A DNA stretch of 54,855 nt, taken from contig JACCQZ010000065.1 in assembly GCA_013813875.1 (NCBI GenBank), positions 1 through 54,855 of the forward strand. The letters run 5' to 3'. The notes beneath the pieces are model-generated. The model saw only the letters and a list, made by a program, of their open reading frames with translations. It was not told the origin of the DNA and did not search any database. The translations under genes and the position numbers were made by a program. Shown here in pieces: positions 40,205-50,191 of the stretch; positions within the stretch are counted from its first letter, which is position 1; each line of letters starts with the position of its first letter. This stretch comes from Gemmatimonadales bacterium (GTDB lineage Bacteria; Gemmatimonadota; Gemmatimonadetes; Gemmatimonadales; GWC2-71-9).

Positions 40205-40636
40205 ATGCGGCGGAAGCATTCGCTCTTACTCAGTGCCCTGCTCGGCCTTGGCGTAGCCATGCCGACGGCCATCGCGGCCCAGACCGCGGACTCGGCTCCG
40301 CAGCTCGAGGTCCGGCATGGGCAGCGCATGGCCGGTCCGGCCGAGCGGCTACTCAGGCATCGCTCCGAGCTTCAGCTCACCGAGCAGCAGGTGAAAGGCC
40401 TGGAGACGATCCGAACCAGGTACCAGGAGAAGAACCGCCCCTTGATCGAGCAGGTGCACGGAGCCGAAGTATCATCGGCCATGAGCCAACTGCGGGCCAA
40501 CCGCGAAGCTGCCCGAAACGAGGCGCTGGCTATCCTCTCCGCCCAACAGCGGCAGCGGGTGGAGCAGCACCAGGGGCATCGGCGGGCCGAAGGGAAGAGG
40601 CGTGGACACTGCCCCGGCCGCCAGCACCGCACTTAG
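40205..40636 (+). CDS. Periplasmic LTXXQ-motif protein (CpxP/Spy/heavy-metal-sensor family), paralog 1
   Basis: 143 aa with signal peptide MRRKHSLLLSALLGLGVAMPTAIAAQ. Motifs LQLTEQQVKGL and LSAQQRQRV. His/Arg-rich tail. GGAGAG SD upstream. Confidence 0.65.
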   Translation: MRRKHSLLLSALLGLGVAMPTAIAAQTADSAPQLEVRHGQRMAGPAERLLRHRSELQLTEQQVKGLETIRTRYQEKNRPLIEQVHGAEVSSAMSQLRANREAARNEALAILSAQQRQRVEQHQGHRRAEGKRRGHCPGRQHRT

Positions 40637-40667
40637 CGGCTCAGCGGGCAGGGAACGCTCCCGGGCT

Positions 40668-41258
40668 ATGGAGTGGGCGCGGGCCGGCCGAAGGACGACG
40701 ACGGACCCGAGCAGCGATGGCCAGCTCGTGGACCGCGTGCTGCAGGGCGAAATCGCCGCGTTCGACGAGCTGGCTCTCCGGTACGAGCGCCGCGCCTACG
40801 CTCTCGCGTACCGCCTGCTCCGGCATCGTGAGGATGCCGAGGATCTGGTACAGGAATGTTTCATGACCGCGCTGGACAAGCTCGACACCTTTCAGACCAG
40901 CAGACAGTTCGGCCCCTGGTTCTTCCGCATCCTCATCAATCGCGGTCTCAATCAGATCGCCTCCCGGCGCCGGCGGGAAACCGACGTGCTGTCGGAGGAC
41001 ACCGCGGGGGGCGGAGAGTCGCCGGAGCGCGCCGCCGAGCGGGCGGAGCTTCGGGTCAGGGTGGCGGAGGCGCTCGCGGGGCTCTCCGAGCGCCAGCGTC
41101 TCGTGCTGCAGTTTCATGAGCTGGACGGCTATTCCAGCGCCGAGGTGGCGGAGATGCTCGACATCGCGCAGCCGACCGTGAGGTGGACGCTGCACATCGC
41201 ACGCAAACGGCTGCGTGAAATTCTGGCTCCGCTCAGGGAGGAGGACGGTAATGGCTGA
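40668..41258 (+). CDS. ECF (sigma-70 family group IV) RNA polymerase sigma factor
   Basis: Region 2 (DAEDLVQECFMTALDKLDTF..FGPWFFRILINRGLN) and region 4 (LSERQRLVLQFHELDGYSSAEVAEMLDIAQPTVRWTLHIARKRLRE). Confidence 0.85.
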   Translation: MEWARAGRRTTTDPSSDGQLVDRVLQGEIAAFDELALRYERRAYALAYRLLRHREDAEDLVQECFMTALDKLDTFQTSRQFGPWFFRILINRGLNQIASRRRRETDVLSEDTAGGGESPERAAERAELRVRVAEALAGLSERQRLVLQFHELDGYSSAEVAEMLDIAQPTVRWTLHIARKRLREILAPLREEDGNG

Positions 41259-41667
41259 GAACACCCCGCGCGGGAGGGAGCAGGATCCCGTGCTTCGTGC
41301 GGCGCTGCACGCCCACTTCGGCATGCCGCCGGACGAGGTGGACTGGCCTGCGTTTCACCAGCGGCTCGTGGCCGGCGCTCGCGCACGACTCGCCCGGCGG
41401 CCGGCGCCGCCCCCCTGGTGGCTCTACGTGTCCCAGTGGGCCGGTCCCGCCGTACCTGTGGGCGTCGCCGCGAGCCTCCTCATCGCGATGGGGCTGGGGC
41501 TGTTCGGTGGAAACCGCGGGGCTACCGGAAATACCGCAATGGCCGACGACCCGGTCGTGGTCGAGGAGGTACTGGCCTCCGCGGCTGGGGATGCCCTCGC
41601 GGTCGAGCCGCTGCTCGCCGCCGATGAGGCCGCCTTCGTGAGCCTCATGCTCGACGTGGAGGAGTGA
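41251..41667 (+). CDS. Putative anti-sigma factor (single TM)
   Basis: 138 aa. The ATG overlaps the sigma gene 3' end by 8 nt. One TM helix (AVPVGVAASLLIAMGLGLF). The call rests on position only. Confidence 0.5.
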   Translation: MAENTPRGREQDPVLRAALHAHFGMPPDEVDWPAFHQRLVAGARARLARRPAPPPWWLYVSQWAGPAVPVGVAASLLIAMGLGLFGGNRGATGNTAMADDPVVVEEVLASAAGDALAVEPLLAADEAAFVSLMLDVEE

Positions 41668-42116
41668 TCCTGATGAACGCCACCGCCGGCCGTCCCCGCC
41701 TGCGCGCGACCCTCCTGCTCGCCGTTGCCCTCGTGGCCGGGGCGCTCGGCGGGATCGCCCTGGAGCGCTGGGTGCTGGGTGGCGACTCCGGCGCGCATCA
41801 TTCGCCGGAAAAACACGTAGGGCATGTCGGCCGGCTCCGGCTGCGGTTCGAACAGCAGCTCGCGCGGGAGCTCAACCTCTCAGCGGAGCAGCAGACCAGG
41901 GTTGACACGCTGCTCGCGGCCCAGGAGGAACGCTCCCGAGCTCTCATGCGTCAGTTTGCGCCGCAACTGCGCACCGTGGCAGCGGAAACGGAAGCCAGGC
42001 TCCGCGAGATCCTCACAGCCGGGCAATGGGAGCGTTTCGAGGTGTTACGTCGCGAGCGACTGAAGCACCGCCGCGGTCATTATAAGGATTCGGGCGAAAC
42101 CTCGAGCGGTCGCTAG
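41664..42116 (+). CDS. Periplasmic LTXXQ-motif protein (CpxP/Spy family), paralog 2
   Basis: 150 aa with an N-terminal anchor/signal. Motifs LNLSAEQQTRVDTLL and ILTAGQWERFEVL. The start overlaps the upstream stop. Confidence 0.6.
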   Translation: MILMNATAGRPRLRATLLLAVALVAGALGGIALERWVLGGDSGAHHSPEKHVGHVGRLRLRFEQQLARELNLSAEQQTRVDTLLAAQEERSRALMRQFAPQLRTVAAETEARLREILTAGQWERFEVLRRERLKHRRGHYKDSGETSSGR

Positions 42117-42148
42117 ACGTCTCGATTTCACCTCCTCAAGGTGGCCTC

Positions 42149-42577
42149 ATGCTGCCGCGTCCCGATCCGTTCGCCTTCTTCGAGCGCCACCGGGAGTACG
42201 GCGCGCTGGCGCTCCGGCTCGCCATCGGCTATCGCCTGATCTACGGCACCGCCGACAACGTGTTCAGCTACGCCCACATGGTGGAATTCGCCGAGTTCCT
42301 CGCCGCGCGCGGGGTGCCGGCGCCCCTCTTCTCGGCCTTCGTGTCCGCTTACGCGCAGTTCATCTGCGGCATCCTGTTCATTCTGGGCGCGGCCACGCGC
42401 TACGCGGCCGTGGTCATGATCGTCAACTTCATCGCCGCGCTCATCATCGCGCACCGGGGCCTGCCCTACCTGCAGAACGTGGAGCCGATCGCGATCCTGG
42501 CGGCCTCCCTGCTACTGTTGTTCCAGGGGCCGGGCCGGCCTTCGGTAGACTCCTGGTGGAACCGCCGGAGGAAATAG
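42149..42577 (+). CDS. DoxX family membrane protein
   Basis: 142 aa with 4 TM helices. ..ALRLAIGYRLIYG..FICGILFILGAATRYAAVVMIVNFIAAL.. is the typical DoxX pattern. Confidence 0.7.
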   Translation: MLPRPDPFAFFERHREYGALALRLAIGYRLIYGTADNVFSYAHMVEFAEFLAARGVPAPLFSAFVSAYAQFICGILFILGAATRYAAVVMIVNFIAALIIAHRGLPYLQNVEPIAILAASLLLLFQGPGRPSVDSWWNRRRK

Positions 42578-42593
42578 GAGGTGGGAACACTCG

Positions 42594-43799
42594 ATGTCCG
42601 ATTGGCAGCGGGAGCTGCGCGAAATCACCGGGGCACTCGGATCGCGGGCGCGGCGACTGTTCGGAGCCATCGAGCGGGCGGTGGACCGCGACCCATACCA
42701 CGCCGTAGGGTATCGCGGCTACGGCACCCGGGAGCGGGTACTGGTGCTGGGTCGGGTGGTGCAGAACGAGCGGATCGCGCCGGCGGACCCGGCGCATTCC
42801 GACTGGCGGAACCTCGTCGCCATGCTGCGTCGGCTGGAGGCCGACCCGCTGCCCTTTGCCCGAGTGCGGGCACAGCTTAACGGCGCCACCCGAGAGCTGG
42901 AGGCCGATGACGAAGGCTTTCTCCGCGGCTGGTTGGAGCTCCCCGCGCCCCTCCCCACGGCCCGCTGGCACGAGGTCGGCCTCGAGCTCCCCTACCCATC
43001 CACCGCCGCGCCTACCCGCACCATCGCTCACGTACTGACGCCGCCATCCAGCGCCGCATTCGGCGTGGTGAGCGACATGGACGACACCGTGCTGCAGTCG
43101 GAGGTGACCAACTTTCTCCGCGCCGCGCGAATGCTGCTGCTGGAAAATGCCAGGACCCGGCTGCCCTTTTCCGGCGTGGCCGCGTTTTACCGTGCGCTGG
43201 AGAACGGGGGCGTGGGCCAAGCCGGCAACCCCATCTTCTACGTGTCCAGCAGCCCCTGGAATCTCTACGATGTCATCGCCGATTTCCTGGAAGCCCAGGT
43301 GATCCCCACGGGCCCGCTGCTGCTGCGCGACTGGGATCTGGGGTCCTCGCTGGCACGCCACCGTGAGCATAAGGCCGAGTTGATCCGCGACATCCTGGAG
43401 ACCTTTCCCACCCTGCCGTTCATCCTGGTGGGAGACAGCAGCCAGGAGGATCCGAAGATCTACAGCGCGATCGTCCGGGAGCACCCCACGCGCATTCTGG
43501 CCATCTACATCCGCAATGTGGCAAGCAATCCCGGCCGGGCGGCGGCAGTTCAGAGGCTGGCTGACGAGGTCCGTGCCGCCGGCTCGACGATGGTCGTGGC
43601 GGATGACACCCTCACAGTGGCGCGGCATGCGGCGGCGCACGGCTGGATCAACCCCGCGGCACTGGCAGAGATCGGCAGCGAGAAGCGCGCCGATGAGGGA
43701 ACCTCCGGCGAGAAGGTGGAGACACCCGGCGTCGAGCAGACTGACGCCACACCGACGGTGGTGGTGGACGACGAAGTGCGGCGAGGCGATCTCGAATAG
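42594..43799 (+). CDS. App1-family phosphatidate phosphatase-like protein (DUF2183)
   Basis: 401 aa. VVSDMDDTVLQSEV (DxDxT), FYVSSSPWNLY, LLLRDWDL, ILVGDSSQEDPKIY. Confidence 0.75.
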   Translation: MSDWQRELREITGALGSRARRLFGAIERAVDRDPYHAVGYRGYGTRERVLVLGRVVQNERIAPADPAHSDWRNLVAMLRRLEADPLPFARVRAQLNGATRELEADDEGFLRGWLELPAPLPTARWHEVGLELPYPSTAAPTRTIAHVLTPPSSAAFGVVSDMDDTVLQSEVTNFLRAARMLLLENARTRLPFSGVAAFYRALENGGVGQAGNPIFYVSSSPWNLYDVIADFLEAQVIPTGPLLLRDWDLGSSLARHREHKAELIRDILETFPTLPFILVGDSSQEDPKIYSAIVREHPTRILAIYIRNVASNPGRAAAVQRLADEVRAAGSTMVVADDTLTVARHAAAHGWINPAALAEIGSEKRADEGTSGEKVETPGVEQTDATPTVVVDDEVRRGDLE

Positions 43800-43833
43800 C
43801 GCCTATCCCATCCACAATTCGACCGGAGCCGCT

Positions 43834-44361
43834 ATGTACCGGACAGCATTGGCCATCCTGACGCTGAGCGCACTGGCCACATTCACCACCGCCGCGGCGG
43901 GGCAGGCCCCCGGCACACATTCGCCGCACGCCGGCAAGGAGGCGCGTGACATCAAGGCGCTTTCCGCCCAGGAGCAGCAGGACTTCCTGGGCGGCCAGGG
44001 GGCTGGCTTCGCGATCCCGGCGGAGCTGAACCATTACCCCGGCCCTCGCCACGTCCTGGATCTGGCGCCTCGGCTGGGCCTGTCAGGCGACCAGGTCGCG
44101 CGGGTACGGGGCACCTATCAGAAAATGCACACCCGAGCCGTCGCGCTCGGCCGGCAGTATGTCGAGAGCGAGCGAGATATCGACCGCGGTTTCGCTGAGG
44201 GGAAGATTGACGAGGGTCGGCTCCGGGAGCTCGTCGGGGCGGTCGAGCGACTCCGGAGCGAGCTGCGGTTCGTGCACCTGCGGGCACACTTGCAGACGAC
44301 CGCCCTCCTCACTCCGGAACAGATCAGGCGTTACGACGCTCTGCGAGGGTACCCAGAGTAG
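43834..44361 (+). CDS. Periplasmic LTXXQ-motif protein (CpxP/Spy family), paralog 3
   Basis: 175 aa with signal peptide MYRTALAILTLSALATFTTAAAGQ. Motifs LGLSGDQVARV and LLTPEQIRRYDAL. Confidence 0.6.
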   Translation: MYRTALAILTLSALATFTTAAAGQAPGTHSPHAGKEARDIKALSAQEQQDFLGGQGAGFAIPAELNHYPGPRHVLDLAPRLGLSGDQVARVRGTYQKMHTRAVALGRQYVESERDIDRGFAEGKIDEGRLRELVGAVERLRSELRFVHLRAHLQTTALLTPEQIRRYDALRGYPE

Positions 44362-44369
44362 CCCAGCCC

Positions 44370-47300
44370 TCAGCCCACCAAGGCCTCGGCCGGCGCTCGC
44401 TTTTCCTGTGCCAACGGCTCCGGTGCTTCCTTCCGGCGCCGCAGCCACTGTTGCAGGGCATCGAAATAGGTGTAGACCACCGGAGTGATGTAGAGGGTGA
44501 TGATCTGGGAGAACACCAGCCCTCCCACCACCGCCACGCCCAGCGGCCGGCGCGCCTCGGCGCCGGCGCCATGGCCCAGCGCGATCGGCAGCGTGCCCAT
44601 GAGCGCCGCCATGGTGGTCATCATGATCGGCCGAAAGCGCACGCTGGCGGCCTGGAGGATGGCCTCCCGGGCGCTCTTTCCCTGACTTCGCTCCGCGTCA
44701 ATGGCGAAGTCAATCATCATAATCGCGTTCTTCTTGACGATACCGACCAGCATGATGATGCCCACGAAGGCGTAGATGCTGAGGTCGAGTCCGAAGAGGG
44801 CGAGCGCCAGCAGGGCACCGAAGCCGGCAAAGGGAAGCCCCGAGAGGATCGTAAGGGGATGAATGAAACTCTCGTACAGAATCCCCAGCACCAGGTAGAT
44901 GACCAGAATCGCCATCAGCAGCAGGACCAGCAGCCCCGCCTGCGCCTGCTGGAAGGCCTGCGCGGTCCCGGCGAAGCTGGTGCTGATAGTGGAGGGCAGC
45001 ACTTCGCGCGCGGCAGCCTCGACCTGTTCCACCGCAGCCCCCAGCGAGGCGCCGGGTCCGAGGTTGAACGACAGGGTGACCGACGGCAGCTGCCCCGAGT
45101 GGTTGACGGTGAGCGGGCCGGTGGAAGGCGTGACCTGCGCCAGGCTGCCCAACGGCACCGACACTCCTTCTCGTCCGCTGATGTGAAGCAGGCTCATGGC
45201 CGACAGATCCCGCTGGTACTCCGGCAGCAGCTCCATGACCACCCAGAACTGATCGTTGGGCGTGTAGATGGTGCTGACCTGGCGGGCGCCGTAGGCGTTG
45301 TACAGCGCGCTCTCGATCTGGTTGACGTCAATACCGAGCGCCGCGGCCCGATCGCGGGCGATCTGGACCTGAATCTGGGGATTCTTGATCTGCAGATCGC
45401 TGCTCACGTCAATCAACCCCGGGATCTCCTGCATGCGCCGCTCCAGCGCCGCGGCCCCCTGGTACAGCGCCGGCATGTCCGAGCTGGTCAGGGTGAACTG
45501 ATACTCGCTCTTGGCTGACCGGCCCCCGATGTTGAGCACCGGCGGGTTGGAGATGAACGACTGCAGCCCCGGCACCGCGGCCAGCTTCCGCGACAGTGAC
45601 CGGGCCACCTCGTCCGCGCTCATCTCCCGCTCTTCCGGGGGTTTGAGGTTGATGATGAGCCGGCCCTGGTTCACCGTGCTGATCCGCCCGCCGGAGCCGA
45701 CCGCCGACATGAACCCATTGACGTTCGGATCCTCCTGCACGATCGCGGCGGCGGCGCGCTGGTGCTGGACCATCGCGTCGTAGCTCGTCCCTTCGGCGGT
45801 CTCGGTGGTGCCCTGAAGCTGTGACTGATCTTCGCTCGGGATGAAGCCCTTCGGCGCCACCCGGAAAAGCACTACCGTGCCCACCAGGATCAGCGCGCTG
45901 AACGCCATGGCCAGCCGGCGCCGGTTCATGACCCAGTCGAGGGTCCGCTCGTACCAGGCGAGCGACCCGTCCCAGGCGCGTTCGATCGCCCGATAAACGC
46001 GGCCATGGCGCTCCTCCGCCTGGTGTGGCTTGAGCCAGCGGCTGCAGAGCATGGGGGTGAGGGTGAGCGAAACGAACCCGGAGACCAGGATCGCCACTCC
46101 GATAGTGACGGCGAACTCCTGGAACAGCCGGCCGATGAGCCCACCGAGAAAGAGCACCGGGATGAATACCGCCACCAGCGACAGGGTCATCGAGATGACC
46201 GTGAAGGTGATCTCGCGGCTGCCGTTGATCGCGGCCTCCATGGCCGACTCACCCCGCTCGATATGTCGGACGATGTTCTCCAGCACCACGATGGCGTCGT
46301 CCACCACGAATCCGACGGCCAGCGTGAGGGCCATGAGCGACAGGTTGTCGAGGCTGTAGCCCATCAGGTGCATGACGGCGAAGGTGCCCACGATGGACAT
46401 CGGGAGCGCCAGGCTCGGGATCATGGTGGCGCGCAGGTTCCGGAGAAAGAGGAAGATCACCATCACCACCAGGCAGAGCGCCAGGTAGAGCGTGAACTTC
46501 ACATCGTCCACCGAGGCCTTGACCGTCAGCGAGCGGTCGTTGAGCGTCGCGATCTCGATCGAAGGCGGGATCTGCCCTCGCAGGCGATCCACCTCCGCCT
46601 TGACCCGCTCCGCCACGGCGACCGTATTGGTGCCGGGCTGTCGCTGGATGGCGAGGACGACCGCGCGCTGGCCGTTGAACCAGCTGGCCCGCTTGGTGTC
46701 CTGCACGCTGTCCACTACCCGGCCGAGATCCTGGAGCCGCACCGGCGCGCCGTCGCGGTAGGCCACGGTGAGCGCCCCGAAATCCTGGGCATCGAGGAGC
46801 TGGCCCTGACTCTCGACCGAGTACGCCTTGTCGGTGCCCCAGAGGATGCCGGTCGGCAGGTTGACGTTGCCGTTCTCCACCGCCCGCGCCACCTCGTCTA
46901 TCCCTATGCTGCGGGAGGCCAGCTGCTGGGGATCGAGCTGGATCCGCACCGCATACTTCATGGATCCATAGACCTGGACTTGGGCGACGCCTTCGATGGT
47001 CGAGAGCCGCTGCGCCAGGAAAGTCTCGGCGTACTCGTTGAGTTGGGGGAGCGGCAGGGTGGTGGTGCGCAAGGCGTAGAACAGGATCGGCCGCGACGAC
47101 GGGTCCACCTTCCGGAAGCTCGGCGGCTGGATGTCCTGCGGCAGCGAGCGCAATGCCTGGGAGATGGCCGCCTGTACGTCCTGCGCCGCCGCGTCAATGC
47201 TGCGGCTCAGGGCGAACTGGAGCGAGATCGAGGTGCCGCCCTGGGTGCTGCTCGAGGTCATGGCCTCGATGCCCGGGATGGTGGAGAATTCCTTTTCCAG

Positions 47301-47498
47301 CGGCGTCGCCACCGAGGAGGCCATCGTCTCCGGGCTGGCGCCGGGCAGGCTCGCGTTGACCGAGATCGTGGGGTAGTCCACGGCCGGCAGGTCGCTCACC
47401 GGGAGCTGGCGGTACGCCACTACTCCGAAAATTAGAATGCCGGCCATGACCAGCGTGGTCATGACCGGACGGCGGATGAAGAGTTCGGTGAAGCTCAC
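44370..47498 (-). CDS. RND efflux transporter permease (AcrB/MdtB/HAE1-like)
   Basis: 1042 aa. MSFTELFIRRPVMTTLVMAGILIFG.., 12-TM topology with two large periplasmic loops. Confidence 0.9.
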   Translation of the reverse strand: MSFTELFIRRPVMTTLVMAGILIFGVVAYRQLPVSDLPAVDYPTISVNASLPGASPETMASSVATPLEKEFSTIPGIEAMTSSSTQGGTSISLQFALSRSIDAAAQDVQAAISQALRSLPQDIQPPSFRKVDPSSRPILFYALRTTTLPLPQLNEYAETFLAQRLSTIEGVAQVQVYGSMKYAVRIQLDPQQLASRSIGIDEVARAVENGNVNLPTGILWGTDKAYSVESQGQLLDAQDFGALTVAYRDGAPVRLQDLGRVVDSVQDTKRASWFNGQRAVVLAIQRQPGTNTVAVAERVKAEVDRLRGQIPPSIEIATLNDRSLTVKASVDDVKFTLYLALCLVVMVIFLFLRNLRATMIPSLALPMSIVGTFAVMHLMGYSLDNLSLMALTLAVGFVVDDAIVVLENIVRHIERGESAMEAAINGSREITFTVISMTLSLVAVFIPVLFLGGLIGRLFQEFAVTIGVAILVSGFVSLTLTPMLCSRWLKPHQAEERHGRVYRAIERAWDGSLAWYERTLDWVMNRRRLAMAFSALILVGTVVLFRVAPKGFIPSEDQSQLQGTTETAEGTSYDAMVQHQRAAAAIVQEDPNVNGFMSAVGSGGRISTVNQGRLIINLKPPEEREMSADEVARSLSRKLAAVPGLQSFISNPPVLNIGGRSAKSEYQFTLTSSDMPALYQGAAALERRMQEIPGLIDVSSDLQIKNPQIQVQIARDRAAALGIDVNQIESALYNAYGARQVSTIYTPNDQFWVVMELLPEYQRDLSAMSLLHISGREGVSVPLGSLAQVTPSTGPLTVNHSGQLPSVTLSFNLGPGASLGAAVEQVEAAAREVLPSTISTSFAGTAQAFQQAQAGLLVLLLMAILVIYLVLGILYESFIHPLTILSGLPFAGFGALLALALFGLDLSIYAFVGIIMLVGIVKKNAIMMIDFAIDAERSQGKSAREAILQAASVRFRPIMMTTMAALMGTLPIALGHGAGAEARRPLGVAVVGGLVFSQIITLYITPVVYTYFDALQQWLRRRKEAPEPLAQEKRAPAEALVG

Positions 47499-48610
47499 GT
47501 TGCCCCCAGGCGCGCGGTGTCGGCCGCGACCTCCTTGATCTGGACTCTCGAGCCGTCGCGGAGCCGCAACTGGCCGTCAATCACCACCCGGTCACCCGGC
47601 TGAACCTCGCCGGTGATGATGGCGAGGTCCCCGGCGGACCGGTCAACCTTGACCGTCTTCGTCGTGGCCGAACTATCGGGTTGGATGACGAAGACGAAGC
47701 TCCCCTGTTGTCCGGATACCACCGCCGATGCGGGCACCACCAGCGCGCCCTCGTCCACATAGAGCCGCAGTCGGATATTCACGAACTCCCCCGGCCAGAG
47801 TGCCCCCTCCCGATTGGGGAAGGTTCCCTTGAGCAGGATCGTACCGGTTGCGGTGTCAACGGCGTTGTCCACGAACGAGAGAGTGCCTTCCTGCGCCGGG
47901 CCGGCGGCGGCGCCCGCCCGGACCACCACACCGTCACCGCGGTGCCGCTGAATCAGCGACAAGTCGGTGGCGGGCACGGCGAAACGCGCCCGTATGGGGC
48001 GGATCTGATTGATGGTAATCATCGGCGCCGCTTCACTGGTCCGCACCAGGTTGCCTTCCCGCACCCGCAGACTGCCGGTCCGTCCCGCGATGGGCGCGCG
48101 GATGGTGGCGTACTGCAGATTGAGCCTGGCTTGATCCACCGCCGCCTGGCTCGCCGCCAGCGTGGCCTTGGTGGCCGCGGCGCCTGTTCGGGCTTGAGCG
48201 TACTGCTGGGCGGTCACGTATTCCTTCTCCGCCAGCGAGGAGTAGCGCTCGGCTTCCTGTTCGGCGTTGGAGGCTTGAGCCCGGTCTCGGGCGAGAATCG
48301 CCTCGGCCTGAGTCAGCGCGGCCTGGAACGGACGCGGATCGATCTGGAAGAGCACCTGCCCCTTCTGCACATCCTGCCCCTCCGAGAATGCGATCCGTAC
48401 GATCGGTCCGCTCACCTGAGGCTGGACCGCCACGGTCTGAATCGGCTCCACCGTGCCGGTTGCAGCCAGCTCGAAAGGCACCGGGCGCCGCTCGGCGGTG
48501 GCCACGGTAACGGGCACCGGCGGCGGCGGGGCCGCCGCATCTTCCCCGCACGCCAGGATAGAGACCAGCGCGAGGCAGGCAACGGCACGGAAGGGCAGGC
48601 GAGTGGTCAT
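47495..48610 (-). CDS. RND efflux periplasmic adaptor (MFP/HlyD family)
   Basis: 371 aa with a lipoprotein-like N-terminus (LVSILAC), a coiled-coil hairpin and beta-barrel regions. 4-nt overlaps with both neighbours. Confidence 0.85.
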   Translation of the reverse strand: MTTRLPFRAVACLALVSILACGEDAAAPPPPVPVTVATAERRPVPFELAATGTVEPIQTVAVQPQVSGPIVRIAFSEGQDVQKGQVLFQIDPRPFQAALTQAEAILARDRAQASNAEQEAERYSSLAEKEYVTAQQYAQARTGAAATKATLAASQAAVDQARLNLQYATIRAPIAGRTGSLRVREGNLVRTSEAAPMITINQIRPIRARFAVPATDLSLIQRHRGDGVVVRAGAAAGPAQEGTLSFVDNAVDTATGTILLKGTFPNREGALWPGEFVNIRLRLYVDEGALVVPASAVVSGQQGSFVFVIQPDSSATTKTVKVDRSAGDLAIITGEVQPGDRVVIDGQLRLRDGSRVQIKEVAADTARLGAT

Positions 48611-50094
48611 CGGGGGGGAGCCGTCGTCGTATCGGTGGTCAGGCGGAGGGTGCTGCCGCCTCGAGTGTCCAGAATGCCCGCGTCGTGCGCCAACTGCGCG
48701 AGCGACACACTCCAGGCGAGCCGAGCCTCGACTCGCTGGGCTCGGGCGCTTGCCAACGCGCTCTGAGCGGCGAGGAGATCGAGCACGCTGCCGACGCCGG
48801 CCCGGTAGCGTCCCCGGGCCACATCGCTCGACTGCTGGGCGCTCCGCAGGAGGTCGTCCGCGGTGCGGACCCGGCCGGTGGCGGTCTGTAGCGCATAATA
48901 GGCGCTGAACACCTGGAAGACGACCTGCTGCCGGACCGACTCGCCTCGGGCCGCCGCGGCCTCCGCCTCAAACTGGGCGATGCGGACGTCGTATCGCCGG
49001 GAGAAGCCGCTGAAGAGTGGAATCGTGAGCCCCAGCGACAGGTTGTAGCTGTCGGCTCCATCGGGGATGGTGGTGGCGTAGGTACGGCCGCCGGTTGCCA
49101 CGAAGCCCAGCCTGGGGAGGAGGTTGGACCGCACCTCTCTCACTCCGGCCCGCGCCGCCTCGACCTGCGAACGCGCCGCGGCGAGATCGGGCCGCCCCTG
49201 AATGGCAGCGGCGATGAGTGCGTCCACGCTGTCGGCGAGTGCGGCCACCGGCACCTCGGCCGCGGTCGAGTCAACCTCGTACGGCAGGTTGGCCGGAACA
49301 CCGAGAGACAGAGCCAGGGCTCCGCGGGAGGTCTGCAGACTTCCTTCGACCGATTGCAGGTCGAGCCGCGCCTGGCTGGTGGCGGTTCGCGCCTGGAGCA
49401 CGTCGGCAATGGTGGCGACCCCGACGCGGCGGCGCTCTTCAGCCGCGATGAGATTGGTATCCGATTCCTCGAGCGTGGTGCGCTGAGCTTCGAGGAGAGC
49501 GCGATTGGCCAGGTACTGAAAGTAGGCAACCTGGACTTGAAGGATCACGTCCTGAATGACGGCGTTGTGGGTAAAGCTCGCCGCCAGCGCCCGCTGGCGG
49601 GCCCCTCCCACCCGGCCTGAGCGGCCGCCAAAGTCGAGCAGCAGATACGATAAGGTGACGCTCGGCGTCAGCACCGACTGCTCGACAGCGGTGCGACCCT
49701 GGCTGGCGGCCGTCTTGAGCCGGACCGCGGTCACGTCGCCGTCAATGGTGGGGAGCCAGGCGCCGCGCTCCGATCCGTAAGCCGAGGCCGCTGCTTCGGC
49801 GTTGGCCCACGCCAGGCGAGTCGCCGCGTTGTTGCGGAGGCCGAGGTCCACGATCTCGGCCAGCGTAAGGCGCCGGATCCGCCCGGCCAGGTCGGGAGGC
49901 ACCGCGCCCAGCGTGGCGGTGTCGCTGGCGGTCACCCGCTGCACCGCCCCTTCAGGCGGGGTCCAGGGTACCTGAGGAGCGGGCGAGGCTCCCCGCACTC
50001 CCATGACGCTGGGCGTTCCGACGCACCCCGGAAGGAGCAGGAATGATGTCGCCAAGAGTGCGGTAAGGCGGCGGGCTGTTGTCGCTGAGTCCAT
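48607..50094 (-). CDS. TolC-family outer membrane efflux protein
   Basis: Two tandem OEP repeats. Signal/lipobox ..LLATSFLLLPGC. Start taken at ATG 50094, because the longer ORF to 50196 runs into the REP-like hairpin. Confidence 0.8.
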   Translation of the reverse strand: MDSATTARRLTALLATSFLLLPGCVGTPSVMGVRGASPAPQVPWTPPEGAVQRVTASDTATLGAVPPDLAGRIRRLTLAEIVDLGLRNNAATRLAWANAEAAASAYGSERGAWLPTIDGDVTAVRLKTAASQGRTAVEQSVLTPSVTLSYLLLDFGGRSGRVGGARQRALAASFTHNAVIQDVILQVQVAYFQYLANRALLEAQRTTLEESDTNLIAAEERRRVGVATIADVLQARTATSQARLDLQSVEGSLQTSRGALALSLGVPANLPYEVDSTAAEVPVAALADSVDALIAAAIQGRPDLAAARSQVEAARAGVREVRSNLLPRLGFVATGGRTYATTIPDGADSYNLSLGLTIPLFSGFSRRYDVRIAQFEAEAAAARGESVRQQVVFQVFSAYYALQTATGRVRTADDLLRSAQQSSDVARGRYRAGVGSVLDLLAAQSALASARAQRVEARLAWSVSLAQLAHDAGILDTRGGSTLRLTTDTTTAPPR

Positions 50095-50191
50095 CTGCCT
50101 CTCGCGGAGCGCGGTCCGGTGCGTATCCCCCTCTGTACATTCTACAGGGGCGGAGCGTTTGGGAGCATCGAACGCAGCGGGTGAGACAAAT

